Assembly (NCBI GenBank): GCA_964106645.2
Contig: OZ067044.1
Source: Podarcis pityusensis
Lineage: Eukaryota
Strand: one strand, 5' to 3'
Length of the DNA stretch: 64,000 bases
Shown: positions 12,039 to 25,123 of the stretch, piece by piece
Layout of the letters: every line of letters begins with the position of its first letter
Position numbering within the stretch: position 1 is the first letter of the stretch
The notes under the pieces: generated by a model
The model's database searches: none
What the model was told of the DNA's origin: nothing
What the model saw: the letters and a program-made list of their open reading frames with translations, nothing else
Made by a program: the position numbers and the translations under genes

Positions 12039-14453
12039 TTGACAGGTTGCTGCCTGCTCCTGAACAGTGTTAGAATCACCTATGAGTAATATAGGATCTG
12101 GCTTATCCGGAGCCTGTTGTGGTGTCAGAGTATTGGTACAGCTTCCAATTGGGAAAAAAATCTGGCTTTTCCGAGAGCCTGAAGTCAGTGAAACCTCATG
12201 GCAATAAGACTGAAGAAATGCCCGGACTCCATCAATCCCCACAAATTGAGAGATGGGAGCACCATCAAAATGCACACTTCCATTGTCACATAGCTGAGAA
12301 TTTTTCCACCTGCGAAGTTTGAGTGCCAGTAACACAAGGAGGAAGGCGAGGAACAAGCAGGAGACAAAAGCCACTGCAGTCACCAAGTAGAAGGTGAGAT
12401 CTGACTGTGGGTCTTCAGATACTGGGACGCTGCTCAGATCAGTCAGCATGTCAGGGATGCTGTCTGCCAAGACCACAGTGACAGTGACTGACGCCGACAT
12501 TGGAGGCTGCCCATTGTCCTTGACTAAAACCACCAGGCTTTGCTTGAGGGCATCTTTCTCCAGAAAGAAGCGGGCCGTCCTGATCTCTCCCGTGTGGAGC
12601 CCCAGAATGAAGAGCCCTGGCTCGGTGGCCTTGGTCAGCTGGTAGGAGAGCCAGGCATTCTGGCCAGAGTCCGCATCCACGGCCACCACCTTAGTGACCA
12701 GGTAGCCTGGCTCAGAGGAGCGAGGGGCCAGCTCTATCCCCGTGGAGCCATCAGTGGGAGGGGAGGGGTACAGGATTTGGGGAGCATTGTCATTCTGGTC
12801 CAGGATGAAGAGCGTCACTGAGACATTGGAGCTGAGTGGTGGAGAGCCTCCGTCCTGGGCCTTGACCTGGAAATTAATCTCTTTAATCTCTTCATAATCA
12901 AAAGAGATCAAGGCATAAACAACCCCCGTTTCAGAGTTAATAGAAAGGTAGGATGAAAGAGTAGAATCGCCAACACTTTGATCAATGATTGAAAAAGTGA
13001 CTGTAGCATTTTCCATGCAGTCAGGATCACTTGCTTTCATGTAGTAAACAGATGCTCCTCTGATGTTATTCTCAGTTACATAAGAAGTATATTGTATGTT
13101 ATTGAAGATTGGGGCATTGTCATTTACATCTGAAATTTCTACAAAGAACACCGTAGTGGTTGATAATGGAGGGTTCCCTTTGTCTGTAGCCATGATAGTT
13201 ATACTATAATTTGATGTTTCTTCTCTGTCGAGAACTCTGTCAGTCATCAAATGGTAATAGTTATCAAAGGATTTCTCTAAGTGGAAAGGAAGAGTTTTAG
13301 GAACTGAGCACAAGATTTCTCCATTCTCACCCATATCTCTGTCTTGTATGTTTAGTAGAGCAACCACAGTTCCTGGAGAGCTTCCTTCACTGATTGAACT
13401 GAAGAAGGTAGTAATAGTTATCTTGGGAACATTGTCATTAACGTCAATAAGGATGATCAAGACTTTAGCCCTGTCGGAGAGACCTCCATTGTCCTTTGCT
13501 TGAACTTCCATTTCATGTAATGCATCTTCTTCATAGTCCAACTTCCCTGTTGTTGATATCTCCCCACTTCTAGAATTTATTTGAAAGAGTTGCGATGCTT
13601 TCTCCTTTATTTTTAGGAATGAGTAAATCACCTCAGAATTTGTTTCTTCATCGGCATCTGTAGCATTTACAGTAAGCAGCAGAGAGCCTATGGAAACACT
13701 TTCCAAAACACTCACTTTATAGAGAGGTTGGTTGAAAATGGGTGCATTATCATTTGCATCAAGAACCGTTACATAGATCTGCAGAGTGCCAGACCTCACG
13801 GGATGCCCACCATCAGTGGCCGTTAGGATGAGTGAGTAAAATGCTTCCGCTTCTCTGTCCAAAGATTTCTCTAGCACCAGTTCTGGAAACTTGTCCTTAT
13901 CAGATCTGCTCTGCAGTTTCAGGGAGAAATACCTGCTGCTGCTCAGATGGTAGTTCTGAAGGGAATAATCTCCAATGTCAGAATCCTGAGCTTCTTGCAA
14001 GGCAATACGAGTCCCTACAATGGCCGTTTCACTTATTTTAAGATCTAAGCGTTCCTGGGTGAAAGTTGGACCATTGTCATTTATATCTGTGATTTCAATT
14101 TCTACGGTGAACAGTTTCATTTTATCCTCAACAAGGACTTCAAGACTTAAAACACACTTCTCTTCCCACCCGCATATTTCTTCCCTGTCTATCCTTTCGG
14201 AGACATATAACTGGCCATTCTTAGAATTCAAAGTAAAATATTGAAGCGTACCTTCAGAGATGATGCGAACTCTGTTGTCTGACAATTTATTGGAACCCAG
14301 TCCTAGGTCCTCTGCTATATTCCCAATGAAAGAGCCTTTCGGGACTTCCTCAGGAACTGAGTAGTGGAGCTGTGCATAATTTGTCTGCCAGATGGCAATA
14401 AAAGCAAACCAGAAGGAGCCACTGTGTTGTCGGAGTCTCAGCATAGCTGCCAT
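12039..14453 (-). CDS. PCDHGA: Protocadherin gamma-A-like variable exon, 805 codons to the splice donor
   Basis: ORF 12027..14453; six EC repeats, TM, gamma-A cytoplasmic motif. Donor CAA|GTGAGT at 12039/12038, phase 0. Confidence 0.95.
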
Positions 14454-14644
14454 TTCAAAGAATTACCTTTGGAACATCTACCTATTTCTCTTTCTCGTGG
14501 CAAAGGATCTTGTAGCAAAGAACCAGAAAATCCTTTTGTTAATCTATACTGATTCACTGAGAGAGAGGACGTGTGCCAATTTAGCTGCCTTTCTAGCAAT
14601 GTGCAAGAACTTACCCTGCATCTTTCGTTTCAGTTTGCTTTCTC

Positions 14645-14686
14645 ATTGGTAAACAGCGGCGCCCAGAGTCTCAACCAAAAACTGCA
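14645..14686 (-). promoter_or_regulatory. CSE / CTCF site of the 12039-14453 exon with adjacent CCAAT box
   Basis: Minus strand TGCAGTTTTTGGTTGAGACTCTGGGCGCCGCTGTTTACCAAT, ~200 bp upstream of the ATG. Confidence 0.88.
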
Positions 14687-15060
14687 ATGGCTAAAGTAAT
14701 ACAAAAGGCAAAGACAGCCTAGTTGACATGATTACGCAGTTTACTTCCTTCATGTGTGGATAACTATCTATAAACAAAGCATAAACAAACCAAGTATATT
14801 AAAAGCATATTAAAAAGTATAAACCAGAAAAGTCTTTAATAAACCTGTAATTTCTATTCTATGAGAAATAGTTGATTTTTACAAAATACCTATTCCACAG
14901 AATTCTTTGTTTTCAAAATTAGTAAGTAAATGTATCCTTTGTCTTTATTTGGAGAAATAATATTACCAATGCATATTTAATGTTGTATTTAATGAGATTT
15001 TCTTTGCTTTGTTTCTTTGCTTCGCTCCAGTAAAGGATCACTGTAGCTAACAGAACATTA

Positions 15061-15143
15061 AGGCTGCAATCCTACACAAACTTACCTGGGAATAAATGAC
15101 ATTGGAAATTTACTCGTGAGTAACCATATATAGGATTGTACTG
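15061..15143. mobile_element. Short palindromic MITE-like element (same family as the insert in the pseudogene EC5)
   Basis: GGCTGCAATCCTACAC...TATAGGATTGTACTG imperfect hairpin flanked by TTA/TAA; aligns to 27538-27630. Confidence 0.65.
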
Positions 15144-15679
15144 TAAATTAAAGTAACATTCCAAATATCACCATTTCATTGTGTGTAACTTATAACATTA
15201 TTTAAGTAAAACCAGGCACCCTTCCTGATTATTTCCTTCCTGGCCTATTCACTATTTTAGTTTAGACATTTTAGAAGCCATATATATTTATATATTTTTT
15301 TCATTTCTTACCACAAATAACTTCTAGAAATTAGAAATATATCTGAATTTATTGCCATCTTGTCTTTAAAACCTCTACCCAGTTAGACTAAAGGACTTGA
15401 ATTTAAAAGATAATAAGCATTTTGCTTCCATATCTAGAATGAGCATACCAGGAGGACAACAAAGTGAAGATTGAACTAGGGCCACAATTTCGGCCACCAT
15501 TTCACTAAGTAAAAGAGTTTATATGCAACATGGTTAACTACTTAACTGACAGCCTCCCTTATGGTCTGCAACTGTAGGAGCTGGAAAAGAATTTTCTGCT
15601 ACCTACCTTGGTCGGACAACCTTACCTTGACTCTGGTAATAGGAACCAACTCCTACAGGCCTTTGGCCCCAACAAGAAA

Positions 15680-15717
<38 letters not shown>

Positions 15718-15729
15718 TTTCTACCCCGC

Positions 15730-16214
15730 TGTGGCAATCACACAGGGTCCCCGGACGTTTGATGGTCTATTGATCCCTGTGCCACCACTGTGCTCGCTTC
15801 TCCGCTGCCACCAACCCGTTACTCTCAGGTACACACTGAGTCCAGACAGTTGTTAAAATTAAATCAAATAAACAAGTTTATTTTGTAAGCATTAACAAGC
15901 ATGGTTTCTCAGTTAATTTTCTTGTCAGTTTCTTATCCTTAGTTTCTTTACCGGCCTATACCTTCCTAATACCTTCTGACTGATTATCTCAACTTAACAG
16001 TTTCTCTCACTCTCTCACATCAGAGTAGCCCAACCCACAGACTTATCCTCCCTCCCTCTTCTCTGACTCCAGATTGACTTCTTAACAACTCCAACTCTAC
16101 CTCTAACTCTAGCTCCTCCCCTTGGGTTCCTATAGGTTAGTCATTTTACAATTAGTTAACCCTTTCCTTATGAACCCAGTATGATGTCACACACCTAGGA
16201 GGGCAAATGCCACA
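15730..16214 (-). mobile_element. Solo LTR (485 bp) inserted in a LINE tail
   Basis: Ends TGTGGCA...TGCCACA; perfect 5-bp TSD CCCGC (15725-15729, 16215-16219); minus-strand AATAAA near 15880. The flanks rejoin into the reverse complement of the L2-type tail seen at ~3510-3589. Confidence 0.85.
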
Positions 16215-16656
16215 CCCGCCCATCTGGCTGGGTTTCTCCAGCCACTCTGGGGGAAATGCTGGAGGGGGCTGGACCCCTACAAAATTGATGGGCATTCCCA
16301 TTCAAATATGGGTGTTCTGCATCATGTGATCAATTATGCGGGGCAGGGCCTACACAAACCTTCACAGTATTTTATTCAAGTTGGCACACCTGATCAACTG
16401 AAGAAGTTTGCTGTTTCTTGCCTATGCACATTCAAGGTGTGCTGGGAAGATTCCGCCAGGGCCATCTGCCTGTAAGGGGTTTTTTTTTTTTGAGGGTGTG
16501 TGTGTGAATAAGCCCAAGCATTGTCCAAGAGTGCCACTCATCTGAGGTCCCCACAAGTCACTGGAAGGCTGGGTTAGATAAGCAATTTTTAATGCTTTGG
16601 GTGTTTTTGAATTCCACCTTCACTGAATCTGCTGGTCATATCTTATTTGTCTAGAT

Positions 16657-16842
16657 CAGGGGTTGTCAACCTGGTCCCTACCACCCACTAGCGGGCGTTT
16701 CAGGATTCTAGGTGGGCGGTAGGGTGTTCTACGGCACAAGTTGAATCCTCCTTCCATCAAGCACTGGTGGGAGGTAAGGAAAGTTTACCATCAAGAAAGA
16801 TACATTAGTGGGTGGTAGGTATAAAAAGGTTGACTATCCCTG
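16657..16842. mobile_element. hAT-type MITE (186 bp)
   Basis: TIRs CAGGGGTTGTCAACCT / AGGTTGACTATCCCTG; perfect 8-bp TSD GTCTAGAT (16649-16656, 16843-16850). Confidence 0.9.
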
Positions 16843-17789
16843 GTCTAGATGCTTAAGAAAATGACTTGCTTAATTTGGAACAAATACACACTCAATAGTG
16901 CAGAGTTGACAAAAATAACTCCCTTTAAGGCTGATCAGGGAACGAGAGTCAAAAGATTCCCACTTCACCTGCAAACAGCTAACATTGTACTGCCTGAGAT
17001 ACTGTGGGTTTCTCCAGGGTTTCTTCAGAGAGGAGACTTTCCAAGCTTTCCTGGAGATTATATGGATTGTACCTGAGATCTTTTGCACACAAAGCATATG
17101 CTGGGCTACAGTCTTTTAGTTTATTTCAGTTTAAATCCAAATACCTTGGTTTTATTAAGTTATGCATCAGAAACAATTATCTGATTATGTCATTTCCTTC
17201 TTACTAGCTGCTTATAGTTAAACTCATGTTTACCTTCTTAGTTCAACTCCTTACAGTTAAAACATTGCTTTGTTGTGTAACAGAAATAATTTTTACCTTT
17301 ATTAACCATATGGTTGTGAGCATTTAAAGCACTGCCTTTAAAATATGGTTCTACGTCTCATTCTGACATTCAAAGAAGTAGAAATGCTGGTGTACCTCCA
17401 TCCACATTTATTAGATAATGCTGATTCATCCATCATTTTTTCAAATTAAAAGATCACAGGAGTCATGAATGAAATGTCTAGAACACAGGGTGTAGGAGCA
17501 GATGTTACTGCACACAGGCTAGAGCCTGTTTTACATGTTCAGTCATGGTAATGATTGTGGTGAACAGAGATTCCTTCACATCCACCAGAGTTGTATCTGA
17601 GAAATGCCATCCAGAGGAGCTGCTAAGTAGCAATGGAGCTTATTCATCTGCAATTTACAAGAATCTTCAATGATCCAGTGTGACTTATTCCCAAAACATT
17701 TCATAGAAAAATGACTTGAGTGATGGATTGCTTATAGGACTGGGGATTGCTTATAGGACTGGAAGTTCCTGTGGCCCCATCCAGACCCT

Positions 17790-18620
17790 TTTGCTGGGAT
17801 GAATTTTCACTATTGCAACTTAATGTTATTTGCAGCTTGATATTATCGGAGAGGTGTTTCCCCTCTATGTTCAACTCTTGTTGCCCACCACAGCATCAAC
17901 CCAGAAGGGGTAGTAAATTGGGTTCAGGTGGCAATAAGTACTTCATTAAAAGAAGAGAATATCCCAGCAACCTTGAAGGAGGCACCTCTGAGACAACTCC
18001 TTAAAAATTTATGGATGATTCCCCACCACCACCACCCCACAATTGGCCAGTTGCTAATCCCCCTTTCTTGGGCAAGTGGCTTTACTAGACAGTGGCTTCT
18101 CAACCTCAGACATGCCTGGATGAAATGGATTATTTGGATCTATTTCAGTCTGAATTCTGTCATGGTTTGGGGGCACTTTGGTCACCCCCACAGAAAACAT
18201 GTGCTAGGAGAGGAACACATGGGAGTGCAGTCCTGTTGATTCTTCTGGATCTCTCAAAGGCTATCAATTTGATGTTTTGATGTATCAATTATAATATACT
18301 TCTGAATCATCTTCTGGTTTGGGGGCATAGTGTCCCCTTGGTTCTGTTCTTGTCTGTCACGTTAGTCCCAAACAGTTACACTGTAGTACTTCTGTTTCAC
18401 TCCAGAACATTTATCCTATTGAGTAACATGTACCCAGCTGTAGGAGGAAATTATCTAGAGATGATAATGAGGCATCATCACTATGCTAACGACACCCAGC
18501 TCTATTTCTCCTCTTTGTCTAGTGTAGATGACACAATGAATGTTCTTAAAAGGTGCTTGGTATAGTAATGTGTTGGATATGGGCTAATAAACCAAAGCTC
18601 AGTCCAGACAAGATAGATGT
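17790..18620 (+). mobile_element. Degraded L2/CR1-group LINE RT fragment
   Basis: Frameshifted RT motifs LDEMDYLDLFQSEF, LLILLDLSKA and HHYANDTQLYFS (YADD-like). Confidence 0.75.
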
Positions 18621-19732
18621 TCTGTAGGAAGGCAATGAAGTTGATTAGTGATTCAGTGTTCATCCTGTTTTGTATAAAGTTGCTTTCCCCCCAAAATGTC
18701 AACTTTTCATTCTCTCTGCATTAGGATGGGAAAACAACTGGTGGGAGTAGGGTGAGAGTGAGAATACTGTCACTATTTCATTCATGTGTAGAAAAAAACT
18801 AGAATACAGAATATAAATAAAGGAAAACTTCCATGCCTCTGACATTATGAACAACACTACTGATTTTGCTGTTCAAAATGATAGTAATAGAGCTCCATAA
18901 CATGGAAATAACACCTTGATACCAATAAAACTTAACAATGATAAAATGGAATAAAATTCACTAAATAAATTGATGCAAGATGTCTGCCAGTGGAACCCCA
19001 TGTGCAGCTGCAATGTAGATGAGGTGCAATTTTTGCTATAAAGCAAGGGTTATATTGCCATCCCACAAATGCTGACCCACTGCCAGTGCCTACCCATCTA
19101 CAATCTGTAGCATACTGCAACAAAAAAGTAATTTTAATATTTATTCCTGCCCTGCTACTAGGGGTGCTCCCTGTGGTTGGACTGCTCATCTGTCAGATGA
19201 TAATTATGATAGGGAGAAATAGGGCAATGAAGTGCCTGGGCATGTCAGTTTAGTCCAACATGGAGTTAAAGATTTTAAAGCTTGGCACTTTTAAAACTCT
19301 TGGTTAAGATACAGGCAGTGGAAGTAGTCTTCTTTTACTTTCCCAAAAAAGCATGTGATAGAGTAGAATGCGAGTTATCATCTACAATCATGAAAAAATG
19401 AACTTTAGTGTTGCAGATACATAAAAGCTCAGCTGCATTTTAAGAGGGTCTTATTAGAGAGTCCAGAGATTTTTTTTAATAGCCAAAACACATACTAAAT
19501 TGACAATTTCATCAACCATCTTGCTGACCACATATGAAGTTGTTGCTTTATTCTTGAGCCCCTACTCCTGTGCTTCCCATATGAAGTCCATCACTTTCTC
19601 CTACAACGGGTTCAACTATCTATCCCCTTACCTAAAATTCTCTAGGCATCTCCCACCTTGACTACTGCTATGTTTTACTCTCTGGCTTGGACTTTGAAGC
19701 AGAAACCTCCCTGTTTCTTCTTATTTAAATAC

Positions 19733-20191
19733 TGTTATGCCCCCCTTCTAATTCATGGATCCAGCATGGATTCAATTCCTGGAATAGTTAGGCTAACTTC
19801 CTGATGAGATAATGGCCCTCTAAGTATGGACCTTTAAGGTAACAAAGAAAGTGTCTCTGTGTTGCATGACAAAGGGTGGGCTTTCCTCCCTCAACAAACC
19901 GGTAGTTAGAAGGATAAAGGTCAGAATGGAGAGTTTAGTTATGTGAGCTGGAAGGTAGAAGAGAGTCTGCAGGCTGGGAAGCTGGGATACAGAGTTACGC
20001 CTGATTTCTGGTTGAATCCAAGGTTTGGCTATGGTGGAAGCAAAACCCCTCCATCATAGGCTCAGGTTGCATATATGTGTAAATAAACAATATATCATAA
20101 AGACACCACAGTCTCCACTGTCCCTCATTCCAAAAGGTAAGCACCTGGAATCCATGGAATCTTACATTGCTTGGAGATTGGGGTGGCAACA
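19733..20191 (+). mobile_element. Probable solo LTR (~459 bp)
   Basis: TGTTATGCCCCC...GGGGTGGCAACA imperfect inverted termini, AATAAA near 20082, near-TSD ATAC/ATCC. Confidence 0.55.
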
Positions 20192-20497
20192 ATCCACTTT
20201 TATTTAAACCCAAACATTAAACAAAGGAGAGGTTTCTTAAGGAGTTAAACTTAGATTAAATGAGAAACAGCAAATTACAGTCTGAATTAAGTCAAAAAGG
20301 GCAAAATTATCTTCAAGATGATCAAGATTTTTAAATGTTTCAATTCTTACAGTGATTCTTACAGAAACACTTGTTCAGTTGCAGTGAAGTTATTCTTGAA
20401 CATCAAATAAAAGGTAAAAATAATTCAACTAGATAAATATTATATTGACATAAGGTTTTATAAAACCTTTTCAAAGTTTAGTGAAAGCAAAACATAC

Positions 20498-22915
20498 CTG
20501 TTCGCAGGTCTGCCCTTCCTTATTGATATTTGAATCATTTGCAGTAAACAGAGATCCAGAGATTTGAGAAGTCTGATGTCCTGTCAGTGTGTTTGTACAG
20601 CTTTCAATGGGGAAAAAAATCTGACTTTTCCGAGAGCCCGAAGTTAGTGAAAACTCATGACAATAAGTCTGAAGAAATGCCCTGACTCCATCAATCCCCA
20701 CAAACTGTGAAACAGGAACCCCATTTAAATTTACACTTCCAGTGTCACACAACTGAGAATGTCTCCACTTGCGAAGCCTTAGTACCAATAATACAAGGAG
20801 GAAAGTGAAGAACAAGCAGGAGACAAAAGCCACTGCAGTCACCAGGTAGAAAGTGAGGTCAGACTCAAGACTGATAGGAGCTGAGATGGTGCCCAGATCA
20901 GTCAGCATGTCAGGGATGTTGTCAGCCAAGACCACAGTGACAGTGACTGATGCCGACATTGGAGGCTGCCCATTGTCCTTGACTAAAACCACCAGGCTTT
21001 GCTTGAGAGCATCTTTCTCCAGAAAGAAGCGGGCCATCCTGATCTCTCCCGTGTGGAGCCCCAGAGTGAAGAGCCCTGGCTCGGTGGCCTTGGTCAGCTG
21101 GTAGGAGAGCCAGGCATTCTGGCCAGAGTCCGCATCCACGGCCACCACCTTAGTGACCAGGTAGCCTGGCTCAGAGGAGCGAGGGGCCAGCTCTATCCCC
21201 GTGGAGCCGTCAGTGGGAGGGGAGGGGTACAGGATTTGGGGAGCGTTGTCATTCTGGTCCAGGATGAAGAGAGTCACTGAGACGTTGGAGCTGAGTGGTG
21301 GAGAACCTCCATCCTGGGCCTTGACCAGGAACTTCAGCTCCCTCATCTCCTCATAATCAAAGGACCGTAGGGCATAGATTACTCCAGTCTCAGAGTTTAT
21401 AGAAAGGCAGGAGGAGAAGTAGGAGTAACTCATCTCACCTTCAGTGATTGAATAAGTAATTTTGCCATTCATCTCCCAGTCAGGATCAGTTGCTTTTAGT
21501 GTTAAAACAGAGGATCCAGCTGAAGTATTTTCTGTAATTGAAGTAACATAGGACCTCTTTTCAAAGGTGGGTGGATTATCATTTTTATCTAATATTTTCA
21601 ACTGAATAGTGGTGGTTGTGGAGAGAGGAGGATTTCCTTTATCTGTTGCAATAACTGTAACATTGTAATTAGATACATCTTCTCGGTCCAGGGTTCTGCC
21701 AGTCACTAAACTGTAATAATTATCAAACGTTTTCTCTAAATGAAATGGCTGGTTGCCAAAGATGGAGCATGTAACCAGCCCATTGTCTTCTGAATCCCTG
21801 TCTATTACTTTTAACAGTGCAATTACAGTTCCTTCTGGGCAGTCTTCACTCACAGCATTAGTAAGAGATGTGACTGCAATTTCTGGTGCATTATCATTTA
21901 CATCGGTAATAGCCAACAAAATATTTGCTCGACCTGATAACCCTCTTCCATCACGAGCTTGAACCTCCATTTCATACAAAGCACATTCTTCAAAGTCTAT
22001 CTCCTGCCTCACCCTTACTTCTCCAGTTCTCGGATCCAAATGGAAAGTGTTTGAAGCCTTTTCTGATACCTGCCTGAATGCATATGTTATCTCTGAATTA
22101 ATGCCTTCATCCAGATCAGTAGCATTGACTGTTACAAGCAGGGAATTAACAGGAATGTTTTCTGCAGTGGTCACTTTATAAACAGATTCTGAAAAAACTG
22201 GTGCATTGTCATTTGCATCTTCAACGGAAACTTTGATGTGTGCAGTTCCGGATTTGACAGGATTCCCCCCATCACTGGCTGTAAGGATTAAGTCATGGAA
22301 AGCTTCTACTTCTCGATCCATAGACCTTTCAAGTACTAACTCAGCATATTTGGCTCCACTTGCTGTCATTTGCACATCAAGAAAGAAGTGTCTGTTAGGG
22401 CTGATTTGATAGCTCTGTAAAGAGTTCACTCCTAAGTCTGGGTCCTGTGCATCTGGAAGAAGAAATCGAGATCCCACAGCAGTACTTTCTGGGATATTTA
22501 GCTGCAATGTCTCCACTTGGAATGCTGGTGCATTGTCATTGATATCTTCGATTTCAATTTCTACTGTATAGACTTTTAGCTGCTCCTGAATAAGAATCTC
22601 CAACTTCAAAATACAAGTTAAGAGACGTCCACATATTTCTTCTCTATCTAGTCTTTCATTAATATATAAATGACCATTTTGGAAATTGAGGGCAAAGTAT
22701 TGTGTCCTACCTTCTGTAATAATCCGAACACCACCAGGCAAGAGTTGCTTCATATCCAATCCCAGATCCTGTGAGATATCCCCAACAAAAGAACCTTCCT
22801 GCAGTTCCTCAGGAACTGAATAATGGATCTGTCCAGTAACTGCCTGAAAAACAGCTAGCAGCACAAGGCAGGATGTCTGTCTCCTTCTATCCAAGAGTAT
22901 TTGTATACAAGCCAT
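20498..22915 (-). CDS. PCDHGA: Protocadherin gamma-A-like variable exon, 806 codons to the splice donor
   Basis: ORF 20471..22915; six EC repeats, TM, gamma-A cytoplasmic motif. Donor CAG|GTATGT at 20498/20497, phase 0. Confidence 0.95.
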
Positions 22916-23125
22916 TTCAGCCTCTGCCAGGTCCTATCAGTCCATAGATAACAGGCACCAGTGTTTAAACTAGGCTTTCTTAATAGACTAATGTGCCTAT
23001 TTAAGACTTCCTTTTATTTTCCATCAAACAAGATCCTCCTTTTTCTTTTAGGTCAGAGACTATAATAAACCTTTTGTGTTTTTGCATCTCGGTGGTCTAG
23101 CTGGTTCAATCCAGTTTCTCTCCTT

Positions 23126-23168
23126 ATTGGTGAACAGTGACACCCAATGGATCAGTTGGTAAATGCAG
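23126..23168 (-). promoter_or_regulatory. Variant CSE / CTCF site (CGCT box changed to CACT)
   Basis: Minus strand CTGCATTTACCAACTGATCCATTGGGTGTCACTGTTCACCAAT, ~220 bp upstream of ATG 22915; positionally equivalent to the other gamma CSEs. Confidence 0.75.
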
Positions 23169-23585
23169 TCTTTTAAAAAGCTTTGCAAAATAACATTTCA
23201 TTCCTTTTTATTTAATAATAGGTATAAAAACAAACTTCCATTAACATACTACATCCCATCTAGAAAGCTCAATGGAGATTGGATAAGCACCACAATGGAT
23301 GAGTAATGCAGTGTACCTCCTTATTAACAGGATTGTGTCAAAAGTAATCAGTGACTATTGATCTAATGACAATTTCCACCTTATATATTTTTTAATCAAC
23401 CTAATTCAGAGTACAATCACATGGGGTTTTTTTGAAGTGTCTTCTCCGAATGTGGTAGTAGGGTTGCTGGAATGAGGGGGAGCCATGTGTGTGTTTGGAG
23501 ATGTGGGCTCAGATTTTACGCTACATAGCCTTGCCTACGCCTTCACTCAGAGGTAACCTGCTGGTGAATATTTAGTTTGTAGAGT

Positions 23586-23850
23586 GGACAGATCCTGAAG
23601 CTGAGGCTCCAATACTTTGGCCACCACATGAGAAGAGAAGACTACCTGGAAAAGACCCTGATGTTGGGAAAGATGGAGGGCACAAGGAGAAGGGGACAAC
23701 AGAGGACGAGATGGTTGGACAGTGTTCTCGAAGCTACCAGCATGAGTTTGACCAAACTGCGGGAGGCAGTGGAAGACAGGAGTGCCTGGCGTGCTCTGGT
23801 CCATGGGGTCACGAAGAGTTGGACACGACTAAACAACTAAACAACAACAA
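23586..23850 (+). mobile_element. RTE-BovB LINE 3' fragment
   Basis: Encodes LEKTLMLGKMEGTRRRGQQRTRWLD...AWRALVHGVTKSWTRLN, typical of the BovB C-terminus, followed by a (CAA)n tail. Confidence 0.9.
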
Positions 23851-24589
23851 CCACAATGGTGGTAGAAGACATTTAGTCGTGAGGGAAAAGCACTCTGCAC
23901 TTGCTCAGACATGCTTTTCTTCCCATATTACAGGTTCAGGTCTGCTATAGAAGACAGATTCTTAGACTAAGTTCTGGAGGGTCCTTACACAATTAGGTAA
24001 GTCAGGGAAGACAGAGGCAAGAATAGTTTGACTTAGAAAGAAAGAGAGGGAGTTACTAGCGGAGGGAAAATGAAGAGTGGCCAGTGAGTTGTGCTGATAT
24101 TGGACTAGTCCTTTATTATTATGCTTTGCTTCTCCTTCTTTGTAAAATGGGGCCTCTAGCCTCTTTGACAGTCCTGTTACTGAAGGAGGGCTTATAAAAT
24201 TGACAATCAATTAAACATGCTGCATGTACTGTAGGTGTGCTATTGTATTTGACGGTCATCAGTTATCTTATTTGGAACCACTTGCTTGCATACACTTTTA
24301 GTTTTTTCTTTTGTTTTGTAACACCTTTGAATCTGAATTTTGTTGGGCCACCTTTGCCCTCTGGGTCATTGTGCTTGACTAGCCCCATCCACTCATGCAC
24401 AACAATGCATTGAATGCTATATTGTCCACAACTTTGTGGGGTCAGTTTCAGCTTCTGCAGCCTGAAGACATGGACAGGGTGCATGCAGGGATACCCTCTC
24501 AATCCCTGCCCATCTTGGCTGTTGAAATTGAGCCTGGGGCTTGACTGGATGGATCCAAGTGGCAAAGGTCTTTATTTTTATTTTTGCAT

Positions 24590-24860
24590 GAAGGAGTGGC
24601 ACTTGCTGACTTAAAGAAGTTGGTGTGGGCACTACTGAAAAAGCCAGCCCTGGACAAATTGGCTTACATTTGGGGGAAGGTGATTGAAAGAGTTGTGGTG
24701 GAACAACTGCAACATTCCTGGATGAGAATGATTTTCTGGATCCATTCCAGTCTGGTTGATGCCTGGGTTAAGGACTGAATAATCCTTGGTCTCTCTGATG
24801 GATGACAATCCTTGATTCTTTTGCTTGCTATCTCAGCAGCTTTCAGTACCATTGATAAAG
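24590..24860 (+). mobile_element. Degraded L2-type RT fragment
   Basis: Translations KKPALD...WGKVIERVVVEQLQ and LILLLAISAAFSTID resemble L2/CR1 RT motifs. Confidence 0.6.
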
Positions 24861-25123
24861 TGCACCAGTGAAAACATCTTGAACCCTGCCCCCTCTCTGG
24901 TGTGTGCAGCAATGTGCAAATGTGACTTGAAATGTAGCTAGGAAAATCTATCTCGCTGTGTTTTAAGCTGCTAGTGCTTACATAGCCTTAGTGTACACCA
25001 ACAGAAAGGCATAGCAGACAAGGATGGTATAAAATTCACTAGCTCCCATGGGATTAGAAATCTGCCCTTTCCTCCCTCAGTGTCCTTTCTACCCAAGCAC
25101 AGGCATCTCATCTTAAGAATCAT

